A stretch of 29,514 nt of DNA from Sulfurospirillum sp. (lineage in GTDB: Bacteria; Campylobacterota; Campylobacteria; Campylobacterales; Sulfurospirillaceae). The DNA is taken from assembly GCA_045047115.1 (NCBI GenBank), contig JASFYR010000027.1:1-29514 (forward strand). Direction: 5' to 3'. Made by a program: the position numbers and the translations under genes. The notes beneath the pieces are model-generated. The model did not search any database. It saw nothing but the letters and a program-made list of their open reading frames with translations, and was not told the DNA's origin. This document shows positions 7,752-17,406 of the stretch, piece after piece (position 1 is the stretch's first letter; every line of letters starts with the position of its first letter).

Positions 7752-9056
7752 TTAAGAAAGCACCTCTTTTAATCTCTCTTTGGTTTCATAAAGTGAAATT
7801 ATTTCGTCAGGATTTTGCTGTAAAAATTCATTCATCTTCTCTTTTTTTGAAATTGCCAAATCCAACTCTTTATCATTTCCTTTTTCATAAGCTCCGATTC
7901 GTATCAAAATTTCATTCTCTTTTAAAAGAGAGCTTAATCTCTTAAATTTCATTGCTAATTTTTTATGTTCACTATCTATCACATCTCCCATAACCCTGGA
8001 TGCACTGTTTTGTATGCTTATTGGCGGATATATACCAAAATCGGTTAGTTCTCTACTTAAAACAATATGGCCGTCTAAAATACTTCTCGACTGATCAGCG
8101 ATAGGATCACTCAAATCATCTCCTTCGACAAGCACGGTAAAAAATGCTGTTATAGAGCCTTTTCCCTCCTCTTTTCCTGCTCTCTCCATTAGTTGAGGCA
8201 AGAGTGTGAGAACTGAAGGAGGATATCCTTTGGATGTCGGAGGCTCTCCTAAAGCCAAGCCTATTTCTCTTTGAGCCATCGCAAATCTTGTGATAGAATC
8301 CATGATAAAAAGCACATCATTGCCTCTGCTTTTAAAGTATTCCGCTACACTCATAGCACAAAATGCACCATATTTTCTCATAAGAGGGGAGTCATCACTC
8401 GTAGCAACTATAATCACAGTATCACTCAAATCTCCACCAAGGTTTTTTTGTATAAATTCCGGAACCTCTCTTCCTCTTTCCCCTATGAGTGCTACTACTT
8501 TTATCTTTGCTGATGAACCCTTTACAATCATTCCCATCAAAGTTGATTTGCCAACTCCACTTCCTGCAAATATGCCTAGTTTTTGACCTTTTCCACAAGT
8601 TAAAAGAGCATCTATAGTTTTAACTCCTACCGAAAAAGGCTCATCTATGAGACCTCTTTTCATCGCATCAAGTGGTGGCTTCATGATAGGAGTACAGATA
8701 TCAGCTATTATCTCAGCCTTCCCATCCTTTGGTCTCATAAAAGGATCTACCACTCTTCCTAGCAGACTGTCTCCTACGGGTATCATCATCCCCTGATCAT
8801 TTATAAAAATCTTATCTCCTATTTTGAAGCCCTCAACAAAACCAAAAGGGGAGATAAAAAAAGAGTACTGATCTATCTCTGTGACCATTCCAAGCTCGTT
8901 CTTATCATCATTATTAGAAACCATTTTGACTATATCACCTATACTTGGGTTTAATCCTATCGCCTCTATCTTAGTCGAACTAATCTTTTTAATAGTACCA
9001 AAGAGAGGCGATAGTTTCTCTTTGGCAAGCTTGGCTCGAAATCTATTGATAGGCAT
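7752..9056 (-). CDS. fliI: Flagellar export ATPase
   Basis: FAGSGVGKST, ALIGERGREV, DSITRFAMAQREIGL, GEPPTSKGYPPS. Confidence 0.96.
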   Translation of the reverse strand: MPINRFRAKLAKEKLSPLFGTIKKISSTKIEAIGLNPSIGDIVKMVSNNDDKNELGMVTEIDQYSFFISPFGFVEGFKIGDKIFINDQGMMIPVGDSLLGRVVDPFMRPKDGKAEIIADICTPIMKPPLDAMKRGLIDEPFSVGVKTIDALLTCGKGQKLGIFAGSGVGKSTLMGMIVKGSSAKIKVVALIGERGREVPEFIQKNLGGDLSDTVIIVATSDDSPLMRKYGAFCAMSVAEYFKSRGNDVLFIMDSITRFAMAQREIGLALGEPPTSKGYPPSVLTLLPQLMERAGKEEGKGSITAFFTVLVEGDDLSDPIADQSRSILDGHIVLSRELTDFGIYPPISIQNSASRVMGDVIDSEHKKLAMKFKRLSSLLKENEILIRIGAYEKGNDKELDLAISKKEKMNEFLQQNPDEIISLYETKERLKEVLS

Positions 9057-9631
9057 TAAAATCTTGCAGCAGCAGGAGCATTTATGATATCAAAAAATTC
9101 TTTTCTTGTATTTGATTTCAAAAAGAGTCCTCTGAGTGATGATGTTGTGGTATTTGAGTGGGTTTTTTCAACACCTCTCATCTCCATACACATATGTCTT
9201 GCCTGTATAACTACCCCTACACCTTTTGGAGCTATTACCTCATCAATAGCCTGGGCTACTTGTTCGGTGAGTTGCTCTTGTATTTGAAGTCTTCTTGCAA
9301 ATATATCTACCATTCTTGGTATCTTTGAGAGTCCTACAACTTTACCATTAGGAATATATGCCACATGTGCTCTTCCTATAATAGGCAAAAGATGGTGCTC
9401 GCACATCGAGTAAAACTCTATATCTTTTATGAGCACCATCTGACTGTTATCGCTGGTAAAAAGAGCTTCGTTGAGCACTTTTTTTGGATCTTGGTGGTAT
9501 CCTTGAGTCATAAACTCAAAAGATTTAAAGACTCTTTTTGGTGTCTTGATAAGTCCTTCTCGCCCCGGATCCTCTCCTAAAAGCTCCAACATTCTTCTAA
9601 CCAGATTTTCAAATTCTTCTTCTTTTTGCAT
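9056..9631 (-). CDS. folE: GTP cyclohydrolase I
   Basis: [32 protein letters not shown]. Confidence 0.97.
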   Translation of the reverse strand: MQKEEEFENLVRRMLELLGEDPGREGLIKTPKRVFKSFEFMTQGYHQDPKKVLNEALFTSDNSQMVLIKDIEFYSMCEHHLLPIIGRAHVAYIPNGKVVGLSKIPRMVDIFARRLQIQEQLTEQVAQAIDEVIAPKGVGVVIQARHMCMEMRGVEKTHSNTTTSSLRGLFLKSNTRKEFFDIINAPAAARF

Positions 9632-9764
9632 AAAAATTCCTCATATAAACTGGTTCTTATTGTATCTCTTTTTTGCTTTTTGATAGTTAAAAGAGCAAGG
9701 ATTAAATGGATTATAAAGCAAAAATTGGATATATTAAGAAAATTTTTATTTGAAAAGGGAATAT

Positions 9765-11087
9765 ATGCAGATTAATGCTAAAAAAATTGATGATGCAAAT
9801 GCAGTCGTAGAGGCAAAAATATCTACAGCATTGCTAAACAAAAAAGAGGATAAGATTGCTGCAGCTGCAGCTAAAAATATGCAAGTAGATGGTTTTAGAA
9901 AAGGCAAGGTTCCGATTCATGTTGTAAAAGCAAGACATGGTGAACAGATCAAACAAGATGCTGAACAAGAGGCGCTAAAAGAGCTATTTGATGTTTCCTT
10001 GGTGGAACTAAGTGCAAAAGCCGATGAGATGGTTGGCGAGCCTACTATAAGTAAATTTGATAAAAATGACGATGGTATAGATGTTGAGATAAAAATCTCT
10101 TTTAAACCAACTGTAATTATAGACGGATATAAAGATTTGATTCCTGAGTATAAAACACCAAGAATTATGAAAAAAGATGTGGAAGCAAGAGTTGCAGAAA
10201 TGTTAAAAGCTGTAGCGCCAATGAAAAAAGTGGAAGAAGACAGAGGACTGCAAAACGGTGATTTTGCTTTGATTGATTTTGAAGGCTTTATAGACGGTAC
10301 TCTTTTTGAGGGTGGCAAAGCCCAGAATTACCAACTGGAAATCGGAAGCGGTGCATTTATACCTGGCTTTGAAGCCGGTTTGATTGGTTTAAAAGCCGGC
10401 GAAAGCAAAGATGTAACAGTTACATTTCCAAAAGAGTACAATAGCAAAGAACTAGCGGGTAAAGAAGCGCTCTTCAAGGTAAAATTACATGAAATTCAAG
10501 CAAAAGATGCAGATGCCAAGCCTGATGCCGAGGGACTCAAAAAACTGCTTCCGGCAGAAGAAGAACCAACTGTAGAAAAACTGGAAGAGCAAGTCAAAGA
10601 GCAGTTGAAAAATGAAAAGCTTGCAAAATTATTTAATGACGAGGTAAAACCAAAGTTTGTAGATGCCATACTAGAAAAAATAGAATTTGCTTTGCCTGAA
10701 AATATTATAAACCAAGAGATTGATTTACAAGTGAGAAATATATTTGCAAAATTGAGTGAAGATGAGATAAAAGAGTACTCAGAGCACCCTGAAAAGATAG
10801 AAGAAGAGAGAGCAAAGTTTGCTGACGAAGCTAAAAACAGTGTAAAACTTACTTTCTTGGTGGATGAATTGGCAAAAGCAGAAGAGATCAAAGTCGATGA
10901 TCAAGAAGTTATGCAGATGATATATTTTGAAGCGATGCAACAAGGGCAAGACCCAAAACAGTATTTTGAATACTATGAAAAGCAAGGTCTGCTTCCTGCA
11001 ATTAAAATGTCAGTTGTGGAAGACAGACTGTTCACAAAACTCTTTACAAAAAAAGAGACAAAACAAAAAGAGGCTGAAGAAAAATAA
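9765..11087 (+). CDS. tig: Trigger factor
   Basis: GFRKGKVP signature; FKBP-like IDFEG..FEGG..FIPGFE. Confidence 0.97.
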   Translation: MQINAKKIDDANAVVEAKISTALLNKKEDKIAAAAAKNMQVDGFRKGKVPIHVVKARHGEQIKQDAEQEALKELFDVSLVELSAKADEMVGEPTISKFDKNDDGIDVEIKISFKPTVIIDGYKDLIPEYKTPRIMKKDVEARVAEMLKAVAPMKKVEEDRGLQNGDFALIDFEGFIDGTLFEGGKAQNYQLEIGSGAFIPGFEAGLIGLKAGESKDVTVTFPKEYNSKELAGKEALFKVKLHEIQAKDADAKPDAEGLKKLLPAEEEPTVEKLEEQVKEQLKNEKLAKLFNDEVKPKFVDAILEKIEFALPENIINQEIDLQVRNIFAKLSEDEIKEYSEHPEKIEEERAKFADEAKNSVKLTFLVDELAKAEEIKVDDQEVMQMIYFEAMQQGQDPKQYFEYYEKQGLLPAIKMSVVEDRLFTKLFTKKETKQKEAEEK

Positions 11088-11674
11088 TGAGCTATGTTCC
11101 TATAGTAGTTGAAAAAACAGGAAGAGGCGAAAGAAGTTATGATATATACTCCAGGCTTCTAAAAGACAGAATTATAATGCTAAGTGGCGAGATAAACGAT
11201 GCAGTTGCATCTTCTATCGTCGCTCAGCTTCTTTTTTTAGAGGCAGAAGATCCGGAAAAAGATATATATCTATATATAAACTCACCCGGCGGTGTAATCA
11301 CGAGTGGTTTTAGTATCTATGACACCATGAACTATATAAGACCGGATATCTGTACTATTTGTATAGGACAAGCTGCATCTATGGGAGCATTTCTCCTCAG
11401 TTGTGGTACAAAAGGTAAAAGATATGCTCTGCCAAATTCTAGAATTATGATACATCAACCATTAGGTGGGGCTCAAGGGCAGGCAACGGATATAGAGATA
11501 CAGGCTCGTGAAATTTTACGCTTAAAAGAGGTTTTAAATGGTATATTGGCAAAAAACTGTAATCAAAAAATGCAAAAAATTGTAAAAGATACAGAGAGAG
11601 ACTTTTTTATGAGTGCAAAAGAGTCTGCTGAGTATGGCTTGATAGATAAAGTTCTGGAAAAGAGCTTTAAATAA
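11087..11674 (+). CDS. clpP: ATP-dependent Clp protease proteolytic subunit
   Basis: [32 protein letters not shown]. Confidence 0.98.
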   Translation: MSYVPIVVEKTGRGERSYDIYSRLLKDRIIMLSGEINDAVASSIVAQLLFLEAEDPEKDIYLYINSPGGVITSGFSIYDTMNYIRPDICTICIGQAASMGAFLLSCGTKGKRYALPNSRIMIHQPLGGAQGQATDIEIQAREILRLKEVLNGILAKNCNQKMQKIVKDTERDFFMSAKESAEYGLIDKVLEKSFK

Positions 11675-11692
11675 AATTTAGGGGGAACTTGA

Positions 11693-12742
11693 ATGGTTCG
11701 TTTAGATAAGGATAAACTGCAAGGAGATTTTATCTCTCCTGCAAAAAAAGTACACAATATCGAAACAGCAAGTACTCAAAATGCAAACAGTGAATTGGAA
11801 AAATTTTCTCTTTTTGTATTAAGATCCATTATCGATGATAATGTTCCCCCGACTCCTGGTAATTTTCAGATATATTTTGAAAAATTACTGGAAAACAAAC
11901 CGATGTCGTTTAAGAAACGAATGAAAGAATACCAAGACAGTGATGACATAGATGCAGATGAGTACAGAGCAAAAATGGAAAGGGAGATAAAAGAGGGGTT
12001 TATACAAATCAAAGGCATAGTAAAAGTCGTCTCAACTATCTATAAAAATCTGAATATCATGAAACAGATTGTCAAAAAAAGATCAGACGAGCTCAAGATC
12101 AATGCTAGCCAATTGTCTGTAGAGAACACTCTTTCAAAGCTCAATGAAGACATAGAAAAATTAACAGCTTTAACAACCAAGCAGATGGAAACACTGAAAG
12201 AACACTATGCAAAAACGATTGAGATTCTCAAAGATGTCGAAGACAAGGCTATATTTGACTCAAAGTATGGCGTCTACAATAAAAAACATCTTTTAAACTT
12301 TCTTCAAAAAGAGTTAGATACAATCAAACAATATAACCACAAAAGCTCAATAGTTATGGTAAAAATAAAAAGCAAAGTGCTGGATAAAATAGTCACTGTC
12401 AAAGAGAGAGAAATCTTAACAAGAAATATAGCAAAACTTCTAATGAAAACATCAAGAAGAAGCGATGTAGTAGCTCATTATGGTGGTGGGATTTTTGCAA
12501 TTTTGATGAAACATACCGATTTAAACAGCGCTCAAAAAGCCTGCGAAAGAATAGGTGAACTCATATATGGTACTAGCTTTTTTATCGACGAAACGGAGAT
12601 AGAGATAGATATAGAATTGGGAATCATGCCTTTAGACCCTCACTACAGCATGGAGGAGTCTATCATAGCCGCCCTTGATGTACTTCCACAAACAGGAAAA
12701 GATGCGCAAATGTATCTTGTTGGACAATTTAACGGAAAATAA
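11693..12742 (+). CDS. Coiled-coil plus degenerate GGDEF-domain protein
   Basis: DSKYGVYNKK start of domain; RRSDVVAHYGGGIFAILM in place of RxxD...GGDEF. Confidence 0.82.
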   Translation: MVRLDKDKLQGDFISPAKKVHNIETASTQNANSELEKFSLFVLRSIIDDNVPPTPGNFQIYFEKLLENKPMSFKKRMKEYQDSDDIDADEYRAKMEREIKEGFIQIKGIVKVVSTIYKNLNIMKQIVKKRSDELKINASQLSVENTLSKLNEDIEKLTALTTKQMETLKEHYAKTIEILKDVEDKAIFDSKYGVYNKKHLLNFLQKELDTIKQYNHKSSIVMVKIKSKVLDKIVTVKEREILTRNIAKLLMKTSRRSDVVAHYGGGIFAILMKHTDLNSAQKACERIGELIYGTSFFIDETEIEIDIELGIMPLDPHYSMEESIIAALDVLPQTGKDAQMYLVGQFNGK

Positions 12743-12753
12743 GAGAGTAAACA

Positions 12754-13269
12754 ATGATAAGAGATATAGTTATCTATCCGGACAAGAGACTTAGAAAAAT
12801 CTCACAGGATATAACAGAATTTGATGAAAAGTTACATGAACTTTTAGATGATATGTATGAGACAATGATAGCAAAAGAAGGCATAGGACTTGCAGCCATA
12901 CAGGTTGGTGTCGAAAGAAATGCTCTTCTTATAAATCTTGCAGATGAAGAAGGAAAACAGCACAAAGAGGATCTTCTTGAAGTTATAAATCCCAGAATTA
13001 CACATCTTGAGGGAAGCGAGATATACCAAGAAGGCTGTCTTAGTGTGCCTGGATATTATGATGATGTACAAAGAGCTCAAAATATAACGGTTGAGTATTT
13101 TGATAGATTTGGCAACAAGATAGTAAAAGACCTAGAAGGTCTATTGGCGATAGCGATGCAACACGAAATGGACCACTTAAAAGGTCATCTCTTTATAGAA
13201 AAACTCTCCTACCTAAAACGAAAAAAATTTGAAAAAGAGTGGAAAAAGAAATTAAAAGCGGGCAAATAG
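12754..13269 (+). CDS. def: Peptide deformylase
   Basis: GIGLAAIQVG, EGCLSVP, QHEMDHLKG. Confidence 0.98.
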   Translation: MIRDIVIYPDKRLRKISQDITEFDEKLHELLDDMYETMIAKEGIGLAAIQVGVERNALLINLADEEGKQHKEDLLEVINPRITHLEGSEIYQEGCLSVPGYYDDVQRAQNITVEYFDRFGNKIVKDLEGLLAIAMQHEMDHLKGHLFIEKLSYLKRKKFEKEWKKKLKAGK

Positions 13270-13271
13270 CA

Positions 13272-14798
13272 GTGCCCAAAAGCAAAGTCAAAAAAGCGTT
13301 TTGTGCTACACTTGACTTTAATATGGCAAAAAAAATCTTTGTAGAATCAACTTTTATAAGAGCCCTACCTGGTTTCTCCATAGTAGGCATGGCAAACCAA
13401 AGCATACAAGAGTCGCGAGATCGGATAAAATCAGCACTTTTAGGCATAGGTTTTAAATTTCCCTCGCAAAAGATCACTATAAATCTTTCACCAAGCGACA
13501 TAAGAAAAGAGGGTAGCCATTTTGATTTGGTTATAGCCCTTTTGGTTGCATTTCAGAAAACGAGCTCTACATGTAGAGACTTCTATATCTTTGGTGAATT
13601 GGGACTGGACGGTGAAGTCAAAAGCACATCTGCCATATTTCCTATACTCCTCTCTTTGGCCAGAGAACATAAAGATATAAATATTTTACTGCCAAATAGT
13701 ATGATGGAAAAAGCTTCTCAAATAAAAGGCATCAAAATTTATGGTGTCTCCACGCTATCAGAGGCGATAGAATTTTTTCAAGAAAAAAGATACGAGTTGC
13801 CATACAAACAGATAGAAACAAAAGAATTTTTTGACAAAAAAATCAGAATTGAAAGGAAAGAGTATTTTTATGACATGGATTTTTTACTCGATTTTAAAGA
13901 TGTCAAAGGACATAAATTCTTAAAACGGGCCTTATGCATAAGTGCTGCGGGTATGCATAACCTCTTATTGGAAGGCAGCCCCGGATGTGGTAAAAGTATG
14001 AGCATTAAAAGACTAAGATATATACTTCCTCCTGTAAGCATAGAGGAAGTTTTAGAGTCTCAAGCCTACAAATCTATAAACCAAGAAAATGAAAGCTTAA
14101 GTGCTAAAAGAGCTTTTCGTTCACCTCATCACAGTTCAAGCAAACCTAGTATCTTTGGGGGAGGAAGCTTAAGAGCTATGGCAGGAGAAGCGGCTTTAGC
14201 ACACAATGGCATACTCTTTTTTGATGAACTGCCACACTTTTCAAAGCAGATTTTAGAGAGCCTAAGGGAGCCACTAGAGAACCATAAAGTATTGATTTCA
14301 AGAGTAAACAGTAAGATAGAATATGATACAAAATTTTTATTTGCGGCCGCTCAGAACCCCTGTCCTTGTGGAAATCTTTTTAGCAAAAGCAGAGAGTGTC
14401 GGTGTTCGGATTTGGAAATTGCCAGATATAAATCAAGAATTTCGGATCCGATTTTAGATAGAATTGATCTCTATATCTTGGTGGATGAGGATTTTTCAAA
14501 AGAGGAAACAGCAAGCTCCAAAGAGATGTTTGAAAATGTACTAAAAGCCTTTGTTTTTCAGAAAAAAAGAGGACAAAAAGAGTTAAATGCAAATTTAGAC
14601 GAGCAGGATGTAAGCAAATTCTGCATACTTCAAGAAGATGCAAAAGACATGCTCGACACTGCTATAAACAGGTACGGGTTGAACCAAAGAAGCGTGAGTA
14701 AGATACTCAAGATCTCAAGAACCATAGCAGATATAAGCGAAAGTAAAATCATACAAAAAGCACATCTGCTAGAGGCTTTAAACTATAGGAAGAGATAA
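13272..14798 (+). CDS. comM: YifB/ComM Mg-chelatase-like AAA+ ATPase
   Basis: ITINLSPSDIRKEGSHFDL, GSPGCGKS, FRSPHHS, FFDELP, NPCPCG. Start uncertain (GTG 13272 chosen). Confidence 0.92.
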   Translation: MPKSKVKKAFCATLDFNMAKKIFVESTFIRALPGFSIVGMANQSIQESRDRIKSALLGIGFKFPSQKITINLSPSDIRKEGSHFDLVIALLVAFQKTSSTCRDFYIFGELGLDGEVKSTSAIFPILLSLAREHKDINILLPNSMMEKASQIKGIKIYGVSTLSEAIEFFQEKRYELPYKQIETKEFFDKKIRIERKEYFYDMDFLLDFKDVKGHKFLKRALCISAAGMHNLLLEGSPGCGKSMSIKRLRYILPPVSIEEVLESQAYKSINQENESLSAKRAFRSPHHSSSKPSIFGGGSLRAMAGEAALAHNGILFFDELPHFSKQILESLREPLENHKVLISRVNSKIEYDTKFLFAAAQNPCPCGNLFSKSRECRCSDLEIARYKSRISDPILDRIDLYILVDEDFSKEETASSKEMFENVLKAFVFQKKRGQKELNANLDEQDVSKFCILQEDAKDMLDTAINRYGLNQRSVSKILKISRTIADISESKIIQKAHLLEALNYRKR

Positions 14799-16186
14799 TG
14801 CAAAAGGTATTTGATGAAGTTTTAACCCTAGATAGAAGATGCTACGAAGAGTTTGCACTAAGCGAAGACATACTGATGGAGCATGCATCCATATCTCTAT
14901 GCGAAGCCATAAAAAAAAGAGTAAAACCAAAAAGCAGAGTTTTCTTTTTGTGTGGTCCGGGAAACAACGGAGGAGACGGCATAGCCTGTGCTAGAATTCT
15001 GCATAAGGAGTATGATGTATCCATCTGCCTACCTTATGGTGCAAAATCCAAGATGGCAAGACTACAACTTAAAAGATATGAATTACTTGGCGGAAGAGTT
15101 GTGGAAAAGAGACAAGAAGCAAGTGCATATGTAGATGCACTTTTTGGCTCCGGGCTTAGAAAAAAACTTGATATTAAATCATCTGAAATGATAAGTTGGA
15201 TAAACTCTCAAGAAGGTGTAAAGGTATCTTGCGATATACCAAGCGGAATTGGTATGGATTTTATATCTGATGTAGTATTTAAAGCGGATGTCAGCATAAG
15301 TATGGGGGCTTTGAAGCTACCTCTTTTTGAGGACTTTGCAAAAGACTATATAGGCGATGTAAGGGTAGCTGATTTGGGAGTTGCAAGAGAAGTTTACGAA
15401 AGTAGCAGTGATATTTTCTTACTCGAAGCAAAAGATATGAAACTTCCTTTTAGGGAAAATAAAAACTGCAATAAAGGCTCATTTGGACATACCTGCATAA
15501 TCCAAGGTGAGAAAAAAGGCGCAGCACTGCTTAGTGCAACAGCAGCGTTAAATTTTGGTTCAGGCTTAGTAACAGTCTTAACTAACGATGCTAACGACAT
15601 ACTACCTCCATATCTCATGGGCTCAACTCAAATTCCAAAAAATACAACTTCGCTCACAGTCGGAATGGGACTTGGAAACAGGGCATTTGGACTCGATATC
15701 TTACTCAAAATCAATTTCCCAATCGTATTAGATGCAGATATGTTTTATAATCCAAACATAACCAAACTATTAGAAACAAAAGACAATATCGTACTAACAC
15801 CTCACCCAAAAGAGTTTGCTTCACTACTTGAGATATGTGACATAGCACAGGTTGACACCAAAGCAGTGCAAGCAAATAGATTTAAATATATAAGAAAATT
15901 TTTAGAAAAATTCCCAAAAACAACACTTATACTAAAAGGTGCTAACACGATAATCACTCATAATAAAAAGATATACATAAGCACACTCGGAACTGCAAAA
16001 CTCTCAAAAGGAGGAAGCGGAGATGTTCTAAGTGGTCTGATAGGTGCTCTTCTTGCACAGGGTTACAGCACAAAAGATGCCGCCATAACATCTGTTTTGG
16101 CTCACTCTATCGCTGCAAACAGTGTTAAAATCAACAATTATGCACTAAATCCTCTGGATATATGCAAGGAGATAAAATGTCTATAA
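14798..16186 (+). CDS. nnr: Bifunctional NAD(P)HX epimerase/dehydratase (YjeF)
   Basis: CGPGNNGGDG, DIPSG, LTPHPKEF, KGGSGDVLSG. Confidence 0.94.
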   Translation: MQKVFDEVLTLDRRCYEEFALSEDILMEHASISLCEAIKKRVKPKSRVFFLCGPGNNGGDGIACARILHKEYDVSICLPYGAKSKMARLQLKRYELLGGRVVEKRQEASAYVDALFGSGLRKKLDIKSSEMISWINSQEGVKVSCDIPSGIGMDFISDVVFKADVSISMGALKLPLFEDFAKDYIGDVRVADLGVAREVYESSSDIFLLEAKDMKLPFRENKNCNKGSFGHTCIIQGEKKGAALLSATAALNFGSGLVTVLTNDANDILPPYLMGSTQIPKNTTSLTVGMGLGNRAFGLDILLKINFPIVLDADMFYNPNITKLLETKDNIVLTPHPKEFASLLEICDIAQVDTKAVQANRFKYIRKFLEKFPKTTLILKGANTIITHNKKIYISTLGTAKLSKGGSGDVLSGLIGALLAQGYSTKDAAITSVLAHSIAANSVKINNYALNPLDICKEIKCL

Positions 16187-16752
16187 AAAAAGTTGCCATA
16201 CTCTTTAGTGGCAGTGGAACAAATCTGGAAAATTTACTGGAAAAACTACACCTTAAAGAGTTTGGGGAAATAAAAATCGAGGTTGTTGCCACGATATGCA
16301 ACAATCCAAACGCAAAAGGCATACATAGATCAAAAAAATACGGCATAGAACCGACTATAATCGATCACAAAAAGTATAAAGCAAGAGAAGAGTTTGATGC
16401 AAGGCTGGCAGATGAGATCAAAAAAAGTGGTGCCGAGTTGACTGTCTTAGCAGGTTTTATGAGATTTTTAACACCTGTTTTTACAAAAAATATAAACGCT
16501 ATCAACCTTCATCCCTCTCTTCTGCCACTTTTTAAAGGTGGGCATGCGATAGAAGAGAGTTTTGAATCAAATATGAAAGTGGGAGGCATAACAGTCCACT
16601 ATGTAAATGAAGAGCTGGATGGGGGAGCGATAATAGCTCAAAAATGTTTTGAAAAAACTGCCGATATGGGTATGGAAAAATATGAAGAAAAGATACATAA
16701 ATTAGAGTATGAGCTGCTTCCTGAAGTTATTATTGAGCTATTAAGCAAATAA
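16177..16752 (+). CDS. purN: Phosphoribosylglycinamide formyltransferase
   Basis: FSGSGTNL, VLAGFMR, INLHPSLLP, LDGGAII. Confidence 0.97.
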   Translation: MSIKKVAILFSGSGTNLENLLEKLHLKEFGEIKIEVVATICNNPNAKGIHRSKKYGIEPTIIDHKKYKAREEFDARLADEIKKSGAELTVLAGFMRFLTPVFTKNINAINLHPSLLPLFKGGHAIEESFESNMKVGGITVHYVNEELDGGAIIAQKCFEKTADMGMEKYEEKIHKLEYELLPEVIIELLSK

Positions 16753-16764
16753 ATAAAAAATACC

Positions 16765-16793
16765 TTGACAAATAAGCAAAATTTGTGTAGAAT
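16765..16793 (+). promoter_or_regulatory. Sigma70 promoter of the tRNA operon
   Basis: TTGACA, 17 nt, TAGAAT. Confidence 0.8.
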
Positions 16794-16836
16794 TTCACCC
16801 TTAAAATACCAGTATTAATATGATATTTTATTGTGT

Positions 16837-16914
16837 CGGGGCGTAGCGCAGTCTGGTTAGCGCATCTGGTTTGGGACCAGAGGGCCGAAGGTTCGAATCC
16901 TTTCGCCCCGACCA
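16837..16914 (+). tRNA. tRNA-Pro(TGG)
   Basis: Cloverleaf; anticodon arm TCTGG-ttTGGga-CCAGA; GTTCGAAT; CCA. Confidence 0.97.
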
Positions 16915-16929
16915 TTTAAATATATATCT

Positions 16930-17007
16930 GGTGAGTGTAGCTCAGTTGGTTAGAGCATCGGGTTGTGGTTCCGAGGGCCGTGGGTTCGAATCCCATCATT
17001 CACCCCA
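16930..17007 (+). tRNA. tRNA-His(GTG)
   Basis: TCGGG-ttGTGgt-TCCGA; G-1 and C discriminator; CCA. Confidence 0.97.
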
Positions 17008-17026
17008 TTGTCTTTAACGAGTTTTT

Positions 17027-17103
17027 GCGCTCGTAGCTCAATTGGATAGAGCAACGGACTTCGGATCCGTAGGTTGTAGGTTCGACTCCTGTCGGGCGCA
17101 CCA
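17027..17103 (+). tRNA. tRNA-Arg(TCG)
   Basis: ACGGA-ctTCGga-TCCGT; CCA. Confidence 0.96.
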
Positions 17104-17122
17104 CCAAAAAACCGATATAGAT

Positions 17123-17199
<77 letters not shown>

Positions 17200-17213
17200 T
17201 TTTATTGTTATGT

Positions 17214-17298
17214 GCGGATGTGGTGAAATTGGTAGACACGCCAGACTTAGGATCTGGTGCTTCACGGCGTGGAAGTTCGAGTCTTCTCATCCGCACCA
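17214..17298 (+). tRNA. tRNA-Leu(TAG)
   Basis: CCAGA-ctTAGga-TCTGG; long variable arm; CCA. Confidence 0.97.
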
Positions 17299-17406
17299 TT
17301 ACCTTTAATAGGTACTTTCAAAGACTTTTTCTAAAAAAATATTAATTTCATAAAAAAATAAAGTATGGTTTAGGGTATGGTTATAGAACTATTATTGTTT
17401 TATAAA

